20,644 nucleotides of DNA from an uncultured archaeon (GCA_964565725.1 CAZMGA010000012.1:1-20644); one strand, 5' to 3'; shown: positions 8,311 through 18,076, counted from the first letter of the stretch. Numbers and translations are program-made. The notes: generated by a model not told the origin, from the letters alone.

Positions 8311-8478
8311 TTATTTTGATTTTAACATAGGTAATCCTGTTTTTTTATTTTCGATTACTTTATAACCTGCAGGTAGTTCTATGCTTCCTTTAGGATCTTT
8401 TGAAAAGAAAAATAATCTACCTTTACTATGTAAGTAGTAAGTATTTCCTTTACTATTTTTATGACTATAACCAACCAT
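8311..8478 (-). CDS. Small hypothetical protein, 55 aa, not in the supplied track
   Basis: Translation: MVGYSHKNSKGNTYYLHSKGRLFFFSKDPKGSIELPAGYKVIENKKTGLPMLKSK. SD-like GGAGGAGATC (8481-8490 on minus) lies directly upstream. The sequence looks like a compact folded protein, not random AT-rich ORF content. Confidence 0.8.
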   Translation of the reverse strand: MVGYSHKNSKGNTYYLHSKGRLFFFSKDPKGSIELPAGYKVIENKKTGLPMLKSK

Positions 8479-8570
8479 AAGATCTCCTCCATTTATAAAT
8501 AAAACGTTAAGTATAATATATCTCTCCTATTAATAAAGGTTTCGGTAAATTATTATATTTAGTGAAGGGA

Positions 8571-9977
8571 ATGCTTCGTATATATAATGATTTTACAAAG
8601 AAAAAAGAAATTTTTAAAGCTAACAATAAAGTAGTAAAAATATACTCTTGTGGTCCAACAGTTTATAATTATGCCCATATTGGTAATTTGCTTGCTTTTA
8701 TTCAAGAAGATTTGTTGGTGAGATATTTAAAATTTAAAGGCTATAATGTAATACATGTAAGAAATTTAACTGATGTTGAAGACAAAATTATTAATGCTTT
8801 AAATGATTCAAATAAATCTTTAAAAGAATATACTGATTTTTATATAAATGCTTTATTTGAAGATTTTAAAAAAATTAAAACTTTAAGTTCTAGTTATTAT
8901 CCAAGAGCTACAGAATATATTAATGAAATGGTTGATTTTATTTATGATTTAATTAGAAAAGGTTATGCCTATAAAAGTGATGATGGTTCTGTTTATTTTT
9001 CAGTATCTAAATTTAAAAATTATGGTAAATTGTCAGGTAAAAGTTTAGATAACTTAAAAGAAGGAGCATCTGGAAGAACTTCTAAAACTATAAAGAATAA
9101 AGAAAACGATTTTGTTTTGTGGAAATCTTATACTCCTAAAGATGGGAAAGTTTTTTGGGAAACAAAATTAGGAAAAGGAAGGCCTGGTTGGCACATAGAA
9201 TGTTCGGTAATGGCTAATTCTTTATTAGGAGATACTTTAGATATTCATTCTGGAGGAGAAGATTTAATATTCCCACATCACGAAAATGAAATTGCGCAAA
9301 GTGAAGCTCATTCAGGTAAAAAATTTGCTAGATTTTGGATTCATTGTAAATTTTTATTGGTAGATAACAAAAAAATGTCAAAAAGTTTAGGTAATTTTTA
9401 TACTTTAAGAGATTTAGAAAAAATGGGTTATAATCCATTAGCATTTAGAATGTTGTGTTTATCATCAAATTATAAAAATTCCTTAAATTTTACTTTTGAA
9501 TCTTTACAAGACATGACTAAAAATTATGAAGATATTAATTTATTGGTTGCAAAATTAATTAATTATTTTTCAGAAGTTGAATTTGAAGAAGAATTTAATA
9601 ATGTAATAAAGAAAAAAGCAGAAGAATATTTAGATAAAGTAAAAGAAGCTTTAGATGATAATTTAAATACGCCTTTAGCTTTTAAACAAGTGTACGAATT
9701 TATTAGTTATGTAAATTCGTTAGTTTCTAATGGTAAAATTTCTAAAAAAACTTCTGAAATGTTATTAGATTATTTCCAGGATTATGATTCCATTTTTGGC
9801 ATTTTTAATTTTCCTGAAAAAATATCTAAAGATTTAGAAAATAAATTATGGATCCGATTTAATTCTAGAAAAAACAAAGATTTTTCAATAAGTGATAAAA
9901 TAAGAAAAGAATTTTCTGATTTAAATTATGAAATTGGAGACTTTTCAACAGGCTTTTATGTTATAAAAAATAATTAA
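8571..9977 (+). CDS. cysS: Cysteinyl-tRNA synthetase
   Basis: MLRIYNDFTKKKEIF, YSCGPTVYNYAHIGNL (HIGH-type motif), GRPGWHIECSVM zinc-site region, and KKMSKSLGNF (KMSKS). The track start is GTG 8562; ATG 8571 gives the usual family N-terminus. Confidence 0.96.
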   Translation: MLRIYNDFTKKKEIFKANNKVVKIYSCGPTVYNYAHIGNLLAFIQEDLLVRYLKFKGYNVIHVRNLTDVEDKIINALNDSNKSLKEYTDFYINALFEDFKKIKTLSSSYYPRATEYINEMVDFIYDLIRKGYAYKSDDGSVYFSVSKFKNYGKLSGKSLDNLKEGASGRTSKTIKNKENDFVLWKSYTPKDGKVFWETKLGKGRPGWHIECSVMANSLLGDTLDIHSGGEDLIFPHHENEIAQSEAHSGKKFARFWIHCKFLLVDNKKMSKSLGNFYTLRDLEKMGYNPLAFRMLCLSSNYKNSLNFTFESLQDMTKNYEDINLLVAKLINYFSEVEFEEEFNNVIKKKAEEYLDKVKEALDDNLNTPLAFKQVYEFISYVNSLVSNGKISKKTSEMLLDYFQDYDSIFGIFNFPEKISKDLENKLWIRFNSRKNKDFSISDKIRKEFSDLNYEIGDFSTGFYVIKNN

Positions 9978-10015
9978 AATTTTAAATTTGTGTTTTATTG
10001 TTTTAATAATATAAA

Positions 10016-10909
10016 TTATACTAAAAAGAATATCAATAAAGATATTGGTAAAATAAATAAAATATAAAAAAATGTTTTCTTTTTGTTTCCATCAATTAAA
10101 GCTATAAAATAACTAGATATTAATGACAATTCTATTAAATAAATCCAAGTAGCAAAAAAAGCATAATTAGATAAATTTACACTACCTATTGCAATATCTA
10201 AACTAGTAAATGCTGATAAATCAAAATTTTGAACTATGTTTTGAACCCAACCCAAAATTAAAGGTACTAATACACTCGAAGAAATAATCAAAGTATATTT
10301 TTGAATTGATAATGATGAATATCTTTCTCTCTCTAACTCGTGCGTTTTGACTATATATTGGGAAATTTTATTAAAAACAAATTGCATATCTTTTCCTGAT
10401 TTATAACCTATTATTAGCAAATTAACAATTCTTTTAAGCAAAATACTTTTATTTCTTTTAGTAATTTCTTCTAAAGCTTTATTTGCTGATAACCCTTTTT
10501 TTATTTGTTTTAAAACAATATTAAATTCTAATGATAAATATTTATAATTTTGTTTGGAAATGTATTCTATTATTCTTGTTATTTCAGTACCTTTTGGAAA
10601 TAAACTTGCTTGTAATAATACTTCTTGTATTTGATTATCTATTTCCTTTTGTCTATTTTCTTCTTTTAACAATTCAAAATTATATGTGAAAAATATAATT
10701 AAAGGTAAAGAAAATAAAATCAAAATGAAAGGAATTAAAGAAATATAATTTAAGATAAATAATATTAAATTTAAACATAAAACAACAAAATAAATAATAT
10801 AATTTATTTTAAAAAATTTTTTTATATTTGAATTTGATTTTGATAGATATAATTCAAAAAGAATAAATTTATTTTTTAATACTTTTTTAAATATATTTTC
10901 AACAAACAT
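10016..10909 (-). CDS. FlaJ/TadB-TadC-like (T2SSF superfamily) membrane protein, second half-size copy
   Basis: SLFPKGTEITRIIEYISKQ and LLIIGYKSGKDMQFVFNKISQYIVKTHELERERYSSLSIQKYTLI are typical of the archaeal FlaJ cytoplasmic domain plus TM layout. Directly downstream of the other half-size copy and the ATPase. Confidence 0.75.
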   Translation of the reverse strand: MFVENIFKKVLKNKFILFELYLSKSNSNIKKFFKINYIIYFVVLCLNLILFILNYISLIPFILILFSLPLIIFFTYNFELLKEENRQKEIDNQIQEVLLQASLFPKGTEITRIIEYISKQNYKYLSLEFNIVLKQIKKGLSANKALEEITKRNKSILLKRIVNLLIIGYKSGKDMQFVFNKISQYIVKTHELERERYSSLSIQKYTLIISSSVLVPLILGWVQNIVQNFDLSAFTSLDIAIGSVNLSNYAFFATWIYLIELSLISSYFIALIDGNKKKTFFYILFILPISLLIFFLV

Positions 10910-10913
10910 TTAA

Positions 10914-11696
10914 TTACCTCATAAATCCAGGCATCATATTTAAGATTATAAAAATTAATATTAAATCAATTGCAGGAAATATAACTACAAATAAAATTAT
11001 TAGTTGATTTGGGGTAATACCTAAATCTAAAATTAAAGAACCTATATTTACAAAAACCAATAATAATGCTGGTAAAATTGCTGTAATTCCTATAAACAAT
11101 AAAGAAACCATAACTAATTTATTACTATATAATTTTGTAGATGTGGTTTGAATACTTATTAATTCTTCTGCAAGTTCAAATAAAGGTCCTTTTTCATCAA
11201 AAATTTTGCCACTTTCATAAATGTTTAAAATTTGTTTAAGTGCTCTTCTAAAATCTTTAGAATTATAATTTTCTGAAATGTCTCTTATGCATTTTTGAAT
11301 AGAAATTCCATTATTATATTCATTAAGTAATTCATGAATAATATCTTTTAAATATTTATAATTTAAAGAAGATTTTTTAATTGCAGATAAAAATTCTTCT
11401 CCAATAGATAAATGCATATCCAAATCAATTAGAAAAAAAGGTAATTCCTTTTCTATTTGTCCCAAATAATTCTTTTTTAATAAATAAGGATAGTAATAAT
11501 AAAAAAAATATCCTAAAATAGGAATAACTAATAATATAATACCTGAATATAAATAATTATTAAATATTCCAAAAGAAATAATTGTAAAAAATAAGGTTAA
11601 TGCTAAAATAATAGACTTAAATATTTTGGTATATTGATTTAAATTTAATCCTAATTTTATTTTAATAAATTTAGTTTCTATTTTTTTGTTTATCAT
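10914..11696 (-). CDS. FlaJ/TadC-like (T2SSF superfamily) membrane protein, first half-size copy
   Basis: ELPFFLIDLDMHLSIGEEFLSAIKK followed by an LNIYESGKIF... domain and C-terminal TM segments. Overlaps the ATPase 3' end by 26 nt. Confidence 0.75.
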   Translation of the reverse strand: MINKKIETKFIKIKLGLNLNQYTKIFKSIILALTLFFTIISFGIFNNYLYSGIILLVIPILGYFFYYYYPYLLKKNYLGQIEKELPFFLIDLDMHLSIGEEFLSAIKKSSLNYKYLKDIIHELLNEYNNGISIQKCIRDISENYNSKDFRRALKQILNIYESGKIFDEKGPLFELAEELISIQTTSTKLYSNKLVMVSLLFIGITAILPALLLVFVNIGSLILDLGITPNQLIILFVVIFPAIDLILIFIILNMMPGFMR

Positions 11697-13167
11697 ATTT
11701 ATCTAGCTGCCATAATTGGTTTATATCTTCAAAAAATTCTCCCATATTTTGTTTTTTATACATTAATTCTTCTAATCTTTTTTTGTGATTGTAAAATATT
11801 TTATCATAATCTTTGTTATATATAATTTCTATTTTTTTTCTTATTTTTTCACTTTTATTTAAATAAATCCAAGTATTTGTTTCATAATTGTATTGATATA
11901 TAGGTATTAATTTATTATCTATAATTTCACAAATGTCTATTATTTTTCTTATTTCTTTTTGCAAATTATTTTCTATATCTATGTTATTCCATCTTCTTTG
12001 TAATATAATTAAATCTAAAGCATTTAGATCTTGTTCTAGTGTACCTAATTTTAATAATCTTTCAATTGTATCTTTAGAACTTAAACCATGAAATGTTGCA
12101 AAACTGCCTTTTCCTTGCCCTGCTAATATTGTATCAATAAATGAAGATACTTCTTCTTTACTTCTTATTTCTCCAACTATTAAACGATCAGGTCTCATTC
12201 TTAAAGTGCAAATAATTAAATCTTGCATGTGAATGTTTCTTTTATCTTCTATTTTTAACTTAACTTTGTGTTTATGAGGAATATTTACTTCTGGTGTTTC
12301 TTCACAAATTATAATCCTTTCTGATTTTGGCACAAAACTAAATAACGCGTTTAAAGTAGTTGTTTTCCCAGAACCCGTATTTCCAGCAATTAATATGTTT
12401 GAATCTGTTTGCATTGCTAACCATAAAAATGTGGCTAAATCTAAATTAATGGTATTATAATTTATTAAATCAATTGGAGTTAAAGGATTATACTTAAATT
12501 TTCTTAAAGTGATTGTAGGATGTTCTCCTGAAATTGGAGGTATTATTGCATTTAACCTAGAACCATTATTTAGAGATGCATTTAAAATAGGATTATTTAA
12601 TGAAATTTGTCTGCCTATGCTTCTAGCCATTTTATTAATTAATTCTGTGATATATTCATCATCTGTAAAATATATTTGAGTTTTACACCAACCAATATTT
12701 GATAAATAAATATTTACAGGATAATCTTCTCCAATACCTGTAATTGTAATTTCTTCTATTTTATTTTTGTCTTGAATTAGAGGCGTAATTATTCCAAAAT
12801 TATTTATTTCATAATTTAATAAATCAAACATATATTTTTTTTGTTCTAAATCCAAAATTAATTTATTATTTTGTAAAAATTGTAAATAATATTTTTCCAG
12901 ATCTTTGTTTACATTTGTGGAGGGCAATTCTTTAATATAATCTAAAAATTTTTTAAATAAATTTTTTTCTTGTGTTGATAATTTAGGTATATTTTTAATA
13001 AAACATTTTAAATCTCTTTTATCAAAAACTAATAAATTGTTATCTTCGTAAACAATATCAGGATTTGTATTAAATATTTTCTTAGAAAACCAGCAATCAA
13101 AACCTAAGTCTATTTTTTTACTATCTAAATTAGGTTTTATAAAAGTATCTTTATGATTTAATAGCAT
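11671..13167 (-). CDS. Type II/IV secretion system (CpaF/TadA/ArlI-like) ATPase
   Basis: Walker A NILIAGNTGSGKTTTLNALF; Walker B-type ERIIICEETPE; RMRPDRLIVGEIRSKEEVSSFIDTILAGQGKGSFATFHG. Confidence 0.92.
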   Translation of the reverse strand: MLLNHKDTFIKPNLDSKKIDLGFDCWFSKKIFNTNPDIVYEDNNLLVFDKRDLKCFIKNIPKLSTQEKNLFKKFLDYIKELPSTNVNKDLEKYYLQFLQNNKLILDLEQKKYMFDLLNYEINNFGIITPLIQDKNKIEEITITGIGEDYPVNIYLSNIGWCKTQIYFTDDEYITELINKMARSIGRQISLNNPILNASLNNGSRLNAIIPPISGEHPTITLRKFKYNPLTPIDLINYNTINLDLATFLWLAMQTDSNILIAGNTGSGKTTTLNALFSFVPKSERIIICEETPEVNIPHKHKVKLKIEDKRNIHMQDLIICTLRMRPDRLIVGEIRSKEEVSSFIDTILAGQGKGSFATFHGLSSKDTIERLLKLGTLEQDLNALDLIILQRRWNNIDIENNLQKEIRKIIDICEIIDNKLIPIYQYNYETNTWIYLNKSEKIRKKIEIIYNKDYDKIFYNHKKRLEELMYKKQNMGEFFEDINQLWQLDKYDKQKNRN

Positions 13168-13303
13168 AAACTATATAATAATGCAAAGGCTGTTTTTATA
13201 TCTTTCCCTTTAATATTTAAATTAAATAATTTAAATGTTTATAAAAGTTATAGGTAAGTATTTAAAATATATTAAATATATATTATATAATTAAGGTGAT
13301 ACT

Positions 13304-14758
13304 TTGGAATTTACTAATGATGAGATATTATGTTATAAAGCTTTAACTAATGAATATGTAAATTTAGATGAGATTGCTCAAAAATCCCAAATAAATATAG
13401 ATACTATTAGAAGAAATATAATGCTTTTACAGGAAAAGGGTTTTGTTTTTATTGATAAGAGAACCTTTATTAAGTATAAATTAGGAAAATTTGGTAGATT
13501 GTATTTAAATGAAAAATTTCCTGAAGAATTAATTTGTGAGTATATTAAAGATAGAATTTTATTATCAGAGTTAAAATTAAAATTAGGTAATAAATCTGGT
13601 TTTGTAATTGGTTATGCCATAAAAAATCGTTATGTTAAAATGGATAATGAATATATATTGCCATTAAATATGCCTAAAGAAAAAGATTATGAAACATTAA
13701 GAAAATTATTAAATGATTATAATAAAGGTAGAGAATTATCAAAAGAAGAATTATTTTTATTGGGCAAAAATAATTTATTAGAAAAAGAAGAAAAATTAGA
13801 ATATTTTGTTAAAAAATCTAATAAGATTATGGAAGTTTCAAAAAATTTAACAAAAACAGAAACATTTTTAACACAAGAAATGTTAAAAAGTGGAGAAGCT
13901 TTAAAATTAAAATTCAAACCATATAATGTTGTCGCAGATGTAGAACCAATAAATATAGGTAAAGCACAGCCTTATTTACAATTTTTAAATTTAATAAAAA
14001 ATAAATTAGTAAGCATGGGCTTTGAAGAAATGCCTACAAAAACATTAACAACTGAATTTTATAATTTTGATGTATTATTTCAACCACAAAATCATCCCGC
14101 TAGAACTTGGACAGATACTTATAGTTTAAGATATCCAAAATATGACATATTAGAAAATATAGATTTAATTGCAAAAATTAAAAAAGTTCATGAAAATGGA
14201 AATGAGGAATCTAAAGGTTGGGGTTATTCTTGGTCTGTAGATATTGCAAAAAAATTAATGCCTACTGCACATGGTACTGCGTGGAGTGCCCATAAAATGG
14301 CTACAAACGTAGAAAACAATAAAAAATATTTTGCAATTGCTAGAACATATAGACCAGATGTTTTAGATGCAACCCATTTAAATGAATTTAATCAATTAGA
14401 AGGATTCATAATTTCAGATGATTTGTCTTTTAGAGAATTGTTAGGATTATTAAAACAATTTGCTATAGAAATAGCTGGTGCAAAAGAAGTTATGTTTTCA
14501 ACAGATTATTATCCTTTTACAGAACCTTCTGTTTCATTTCATGTAAAACATCCTGATTTAGGATGGGTGGAGTTAGGAGGGGCTGGAATTTTTAGACCTG
14601 AAATAACTAAAACATTAGGAATAAATCAAAGAGTTATTGCATGGGGTTTAGGAATTGATAGATTAGCTATGTTTAGTTTAGGTATTAAAGATATTAGAGA
14701 ATTATATTCTCAAAAATTAGATTGGTTGAGAAATAGAAATTTAATAGATAGGGTTTAG
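13304..14758 (+). CDS. pheS: Phenylalanyl-tRNA synthetase alpha subunit (archaeal type)
   Basis: N-terminal winged-helix region; class II aaRS motifs TPTAHGTAWSAHKM, YYPFTEPSVSFHVKHPDLGWVELGGAGIFRPEI, GLGIDRLAM. TTG start with SD AAGGTGAT (13293-13300). Confidence 0.95.
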   Translation: MEFTNDEILCYKALTNEYVNLDEIAQKSQINIDTIRRNIMLLQEKGFVFIDKRTFIKYKLGKFGRLYLNEKFPEELICEYIKDRILLSELKLKLGNKSGFVIGYAIKNRYVKMDNEYILPLNMPKEKDYETLRKLLNDYNKGRELSKEELFLLGKNNLLEKEEKLEYFVKKSNKIMEVSKNLTKTETFLTQEMLKSGEALKLKFKPYNVVADVEPINIGKAQPYLQFLNLIKNKLVSMGFEEMPTKTLTTEFYNFDVLFQPQNHPARTWTDTYSLRYPKYDILENIDLIAKIKKVHENGNEESKGWGYSWSVDIAKKLMPTAHGTAWSAHKMATNVENNKKYFAIARTYRPDVLDATHLNEFNQLEGFIISDDLSFRELLGLLKQFAIEIAGAKEVMFSTDYYPFTEPSVSFHVKHPDLGWVELGGAGIFRPEITKTLGINQRVIAWGLGIDRLAMFSLGIKDIRELYSQKLDWLRNRNLIDRV

Positions 14759-14766
14759 GTGTTATT

Positions 14767-14844
14767 ATGTACAATTTAAAATTATTCCTAAAAAGTTTAA
14801 AGTTTAAAATATATCCATTAAGTCATAAATTAGAGGTGATTTAA
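14767..14844 (+). CDS. Possible 25-codon micro-ORF between pheS and pheT
   Basis: MYNLKLFLKSLKFKIYPLSHKLEVI. GGTG (14758-14761) overlaps the last base of the pheS stop codon and sits 5 nt before the ATG; the stop overlaps the pheT start as TAATG. Confidence 0.3.
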   Translation: MYNLKLFLKSLKFKIYPLSHKLEVI

Positions 14845-16499
14845 TGCCACAAGTAGAATTTAGTAAAAAAGATTTAGAAAAATTATTGGGTTTTAAAGTA
14901 AATGAAAAAGATTTAGAAACATATTTTTTACCTACAAAATCAGAGTTGGATTCTTATAAAGATGGAATAATAACTTTAAAAGGTACTGATACCAACAGAC
15001 CTGATTTGTGGGGAGTAGAAGGGGTAGTAAGAGAGTTAAAAGCTCATTTGGATTTAGAAACTAAAAAATATGAATTTAAAAAATCAGATTATTCTGTAGA
15101 AATTTCAGATTTAAAAAATATTAGACCTAGGGCATCTTATGCTATTGTTAAAAACGTAAAAATGAGTGAAGATTTTTTAGTTAGTTTAATAAATATGCAA
15201 GAAAAAATTGCTAATTCTTTTGGAAATAGAAGAAAAGATGTAGCAATAGGTATTTTTGATTTAGATAAAATTAAAGGTAAAAAATTAAAATATTTTGCAA
15301 AAGAAAAAACATTTGAATTTATTCCTTTAGGTGAAAATAAAAAAATGTCTTTAGAACAAATATTAAATGAACATAAAAAAGGAATAGAATATGCAAATTT
15401 ATTGAAAGACTTTAATAAATATCCTATATTAATGGATGAAAAAGAAAATGTTTTATCAATGCCTCCAATTATTAATTCAAATAATTCTGGAAAAGTAGAA
15501 TTAAATACAAAAAATTTATTTATTGATATTACTGGTTTTTCTCAAAAAAAATTAGATGTGGTTTTATTAATTTTTGCAATGGCTTTTGTAGATAGAGGTT
15601 GTGTAGTAGAACAAGTTGAAGTAAATTATTTAGATGAAAAAATAAAATATTGGGGCTTAGATTTAACTCCAGGAAAAATGCAAATTAAAAAACAATTAAT
15701 TAATGAATACATAGGTTTGAATTTAGATGATAACACAATATGTAAATTGTTAAAACAAAAAAATTATTCTGTCGAAATTAATAAAGATATTATAAATTTA
15801 ACTTATCCACCATATCGCCAAGATATTTTGCACGTAGTAGATGTTATTGAAGATATTATTATTGAATATGGTTATAATTTATTAGAACCAAAAAAATTAA
15901 ATTTTTATAGTGTGGGTAAATTATTGCCAGAAACAGAATGGCAAAATTTAATTAGAAATATTGGTGTGGGTTTAGGTTTACAAGAAATATTGTCTTTTAC
16001 TTTAACATCTGTAAAAAAACAATATAATTGTTTAAATATAAAAGATTTTAAACCAGTAGAATTAGAAAACCCTATGAGTGAAAATATAGCTATATTTAGA
16101 GAAAGAATATTGCCCGAACACTTGGAATTTTTATCTAAAAATCAACATATTTCTTATCCTCAAAATATTTTTGAAATTGGAAAAGTTATTTCAATTAAAG
16201 ATAATAAAGCAATAGAAAATACTAATTTAATAATTACTTTATCTTCTAATGATGTATCTTATACTTTAATTAAACAATACTTAGATGCTGTTTTAAAAAA
16301 TTTAGATATAAGTGAAATAAGTTATGAAAAAATTGATTTACCATATTTAATTGAAGGTAGATCTGCTAAAATAGTATTTAAATTAAATAATAAGATAATG
16401 GTTGGTTATTTAGGAGAAATTTCTCCTTCTGTTCTAATGAATTTTGGAATAAATATGCCTGTAGCATATTTTGAAATAAATATAAATAAATATGATTAA
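14844..16499 (+). CDS. pheT: Phenylalanyl-tRNA synthetase beta subunit (archaeal type)
   Basis: TDTNRPDLWGVEGVVRELKAHL, LTYPPYRQDILHVVDVIEDIIIEYGYN, IFEIGKV. Directly downstream of pheS; SD GAGGTGAT (14833-14840). Confidence 0.95.
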   Translation: MPQVEFSKKDLEKLLGFKVNEKDLETYFLPTKSELDSYKDGIITLKGTDTNRPDLWGVEGVVRELKAHLDLETKKYEFKKSDYSVEISDLKNIRPRASYAIVKNVKMSEDFLVSLINMQEKIANSFGNRRKDVAIGIFDLDKIKGKKLKYFAKEKTFEFIPLGENKKMSLEQILNEHKKGIEYANLLKDFNKYPILMDEKENVLSMPPIINSNNSGKVELNTKNLFIDITGFSQKKLDVVLLIFAMAFVDRGCVVEQVEVNYLDEKIKYWGLDLTPGKMQIKKQLINEYIGLNLDDNTICKLLKQKNYSVEINKDIINLTYPPYRQDILHVVDVIEDIIIEYGYNLLEPKKLNFYSVGKLLPETEWQNLIRNIGVGLGLQEILSFTLTSVKKQYNCLNIKDFKPVELENPMSENIAIFRERILPEHLEFLSKNQHISYPQNIFEIGKVISIKDNKAIENTNLIITLSSNDVSYTLIKQYLDAVLKNLDISEISYEKIDLPYLIEGRSAKIVFKLNNKIMVGYLGEISPSVLMNFGINMPVAYFEININKYD

Positions 16500-16507
16500 A
16501 TGATATT

Positions 16508-17044
16508 ATGGAAAAAGTAAATGTTTTAGATAAATTTGGTAATACTACTAAAAAAATAGTTAATAAAGATATAGCCCACAAAAAAAAATTATTGCACCCT
16601 GTAGTTCACATTTGGATTTATAATTCTAATAAAGAAATTTTAATTCAAAAAAGAGCTAAAGATAAAAAGTTTTATCCTAATCATTGGGATGTTTCTTGTG
16701 CGGGTCATATTAGTGCAAATGAATCTTTTTTATTAAGTGCAAAAAGAGAATTGAAAGAAGAATTAGGAATTAAAATTAAAAATGATGATTTAGAGCTTAT
16801 TGGAATTATTAAAGATAATACTTGTTGGAAAAACATTTGTGAAAATAATTGGGCATATGTGTATATTTTAAAATATGATAAACAAATAATTCAAATACAA
16901 AATGAAGAATTATCAGAAGTTAAATGGATCCCTTTTAAAGAATTTAAAAATAAAACTAAAAATTTAGAAAAAAACAATTTTACTAAAAAAGAAAACGGCT
17001 ATTTTGAATTTATAATTGCACATTTAGAAGAAAAATTTAAATGA
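16508..17044 (+). CDS. Nudix hydrolase (isopentenyl-diphosphate isomerase-like/YfcD-like subgroup possible)
   Basis: Perfect Nudix box GHISANESFLLSAKRELKEELGI (Gx5Ex7REUxEExGU). ILIQKRAKDKKFYPNHWDVSCAGH resembles the IDI-like Nudix subgroup. Confidence 0.88.
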   Translation: MEKVNVLDKFGNTTKKIVNKDIAHKKKLLHPVVHIWIYNSNKEILIQKRAKDKKFYPNHWDVSCAGHISANESFLLSAKRELKEELGIKIKNDDLELIGIIKDNTCWKNICENNWAYVYILKYDKQIIQIQNEELSEVKWIPFKEFKNKTKNLEKNNFTKKENGYFEFIIAHLEEKFK

Positions 17045-17050
17045 TAAAAT

Positions 17051-18070
17051 ATGTTTGAAAATATATTAAAGCAAGTTGATAATTATTCTAATTTGCTATC
17101 TCAATATAAGAACGAAGCTTTAATTTTAAGAGAAAAATTATCAAAAGGAAATAATAATTTTATTGAAAGTAAAGTGATTCATAATTTGGAATTTAAAACA
17201 AAAGGTAAAGTTTTAGGTGTTGATTCTGGTTTTTTTGACTCAGCAATAACAGGCTTAGATTTTTGTTATATTAAAAGTGCAGGTAGTTATTTTGATTATG
17301 ATATTAATTTAAAAAATTATTCTAAATTATCAACTATCCCTAATTATGATTTTTTTATTTCTGAAAACATTTTGCAGAAAGAAGAAGTTCAAAAATTTAC
17401 ATCAATTAATAGATTGAGAAAAGAATTAAATTTATTATATGAGGGTATAAAAAGTAAGAATCCTGAATATGCCTTAATTGATGGTAATGTCTTGCCACAA
17501 CCAATAGATAGACCTAATAATAATAGTATTTTATATTTAGAATATGAAAATCTTTTACAAGATTTTGTTAATTTATATGATTTGACTAAATCACAAGATG
17601 TTGTTTTAATTGGCACTGTAGAAGATTCTAGAGCAAATTCCTTTTTAAAATTAGTTTATAAAGAAACAAAAGATATAAATGATATTTTATTTTTAAATTT
17701 TTTATTAAATGATTTTGAAGCAACGTCTTTTTTTCCAATTTTTAATGTTGAAAGTAATATTATTTATAACGATTTGCAAAATTATAGTAATTATAGTTTT
17801 TTGGCATCTTATTTTAAATTGCCAGAAGATTATCCTTTAAGAATTGAATTATTAAATAATAATTATTCTGAAAGTAAATTAAAAGAAATAAAAGGTTTTA
17901 TATCTTATATTTCTAGCTTTACTAAAGGGTATACTTATCCATCAGTTTTAATTGATGCAGATAAACAAGCAAAATTAAATCAAAAAGAAGTTAATATAAT
18001 AAAAAATTTGGTAGATTCTGCAATTACTTCTAAAGGTTTGAAATATAAAAGACGAGAAAGAAGAATATAA
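17051..18070 (+). CDS. NurA-like 5'-3' nuclease domain protein
   Basis: GKVLGVDSGFFDSAITGLDFCYIKSAG, YALIDGNVLPQ, VLIGTVEDSRANSFLK and YTYPSVLIDADKQAKLNQKEVNII resemble the spaced NurA motifs. Confidence 0.7.
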   Translation: MFENILKQVDNYSNLLSQYKNEALILREKLSKGNNNFIESKVIHNLEFKTKGKVLGVDSGFFDSAITGLDFCYIKSAGSYFDYDINLKNYSKLSTIPNYDFFISENILQKEEVQKFTSINRLRKELNLLYEGIKSKNPEYALIDGNVLPQPIDRPNNNSILYLEYENLLQDFVNLYDLTKSQDVVLIGTVEDSRANSFLKLVYKETKDINDILFLNFLLNDFEATSFFPIFNVESNIIYNDLQNYSNYSFLASYFKLPEDYPLRIELLNNNYSESKLKEIKGFISYISSFTKGYTYPSVLIDADKQAKLNQKEVNIIKNLVDSAITSKGLKYKRRERRI

Positions 18071-18076
18071 TTATTT

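Noticed and set aside
13717-13917. Minus-strand ORF in pheS
   Set aside because: Antisense to a clearly conserved aminoacyl-tRNA synthetase gene.
16378-16581. Minus-strand ORF across the pheT/Nudix junction
   Set aside because: Overlaps two supported genes and lacks initiation signals.
17389-17616. Minus-strand ORF in the NurA-like gene
   Set aside because: Shadow ORF opposite a supported CDS.
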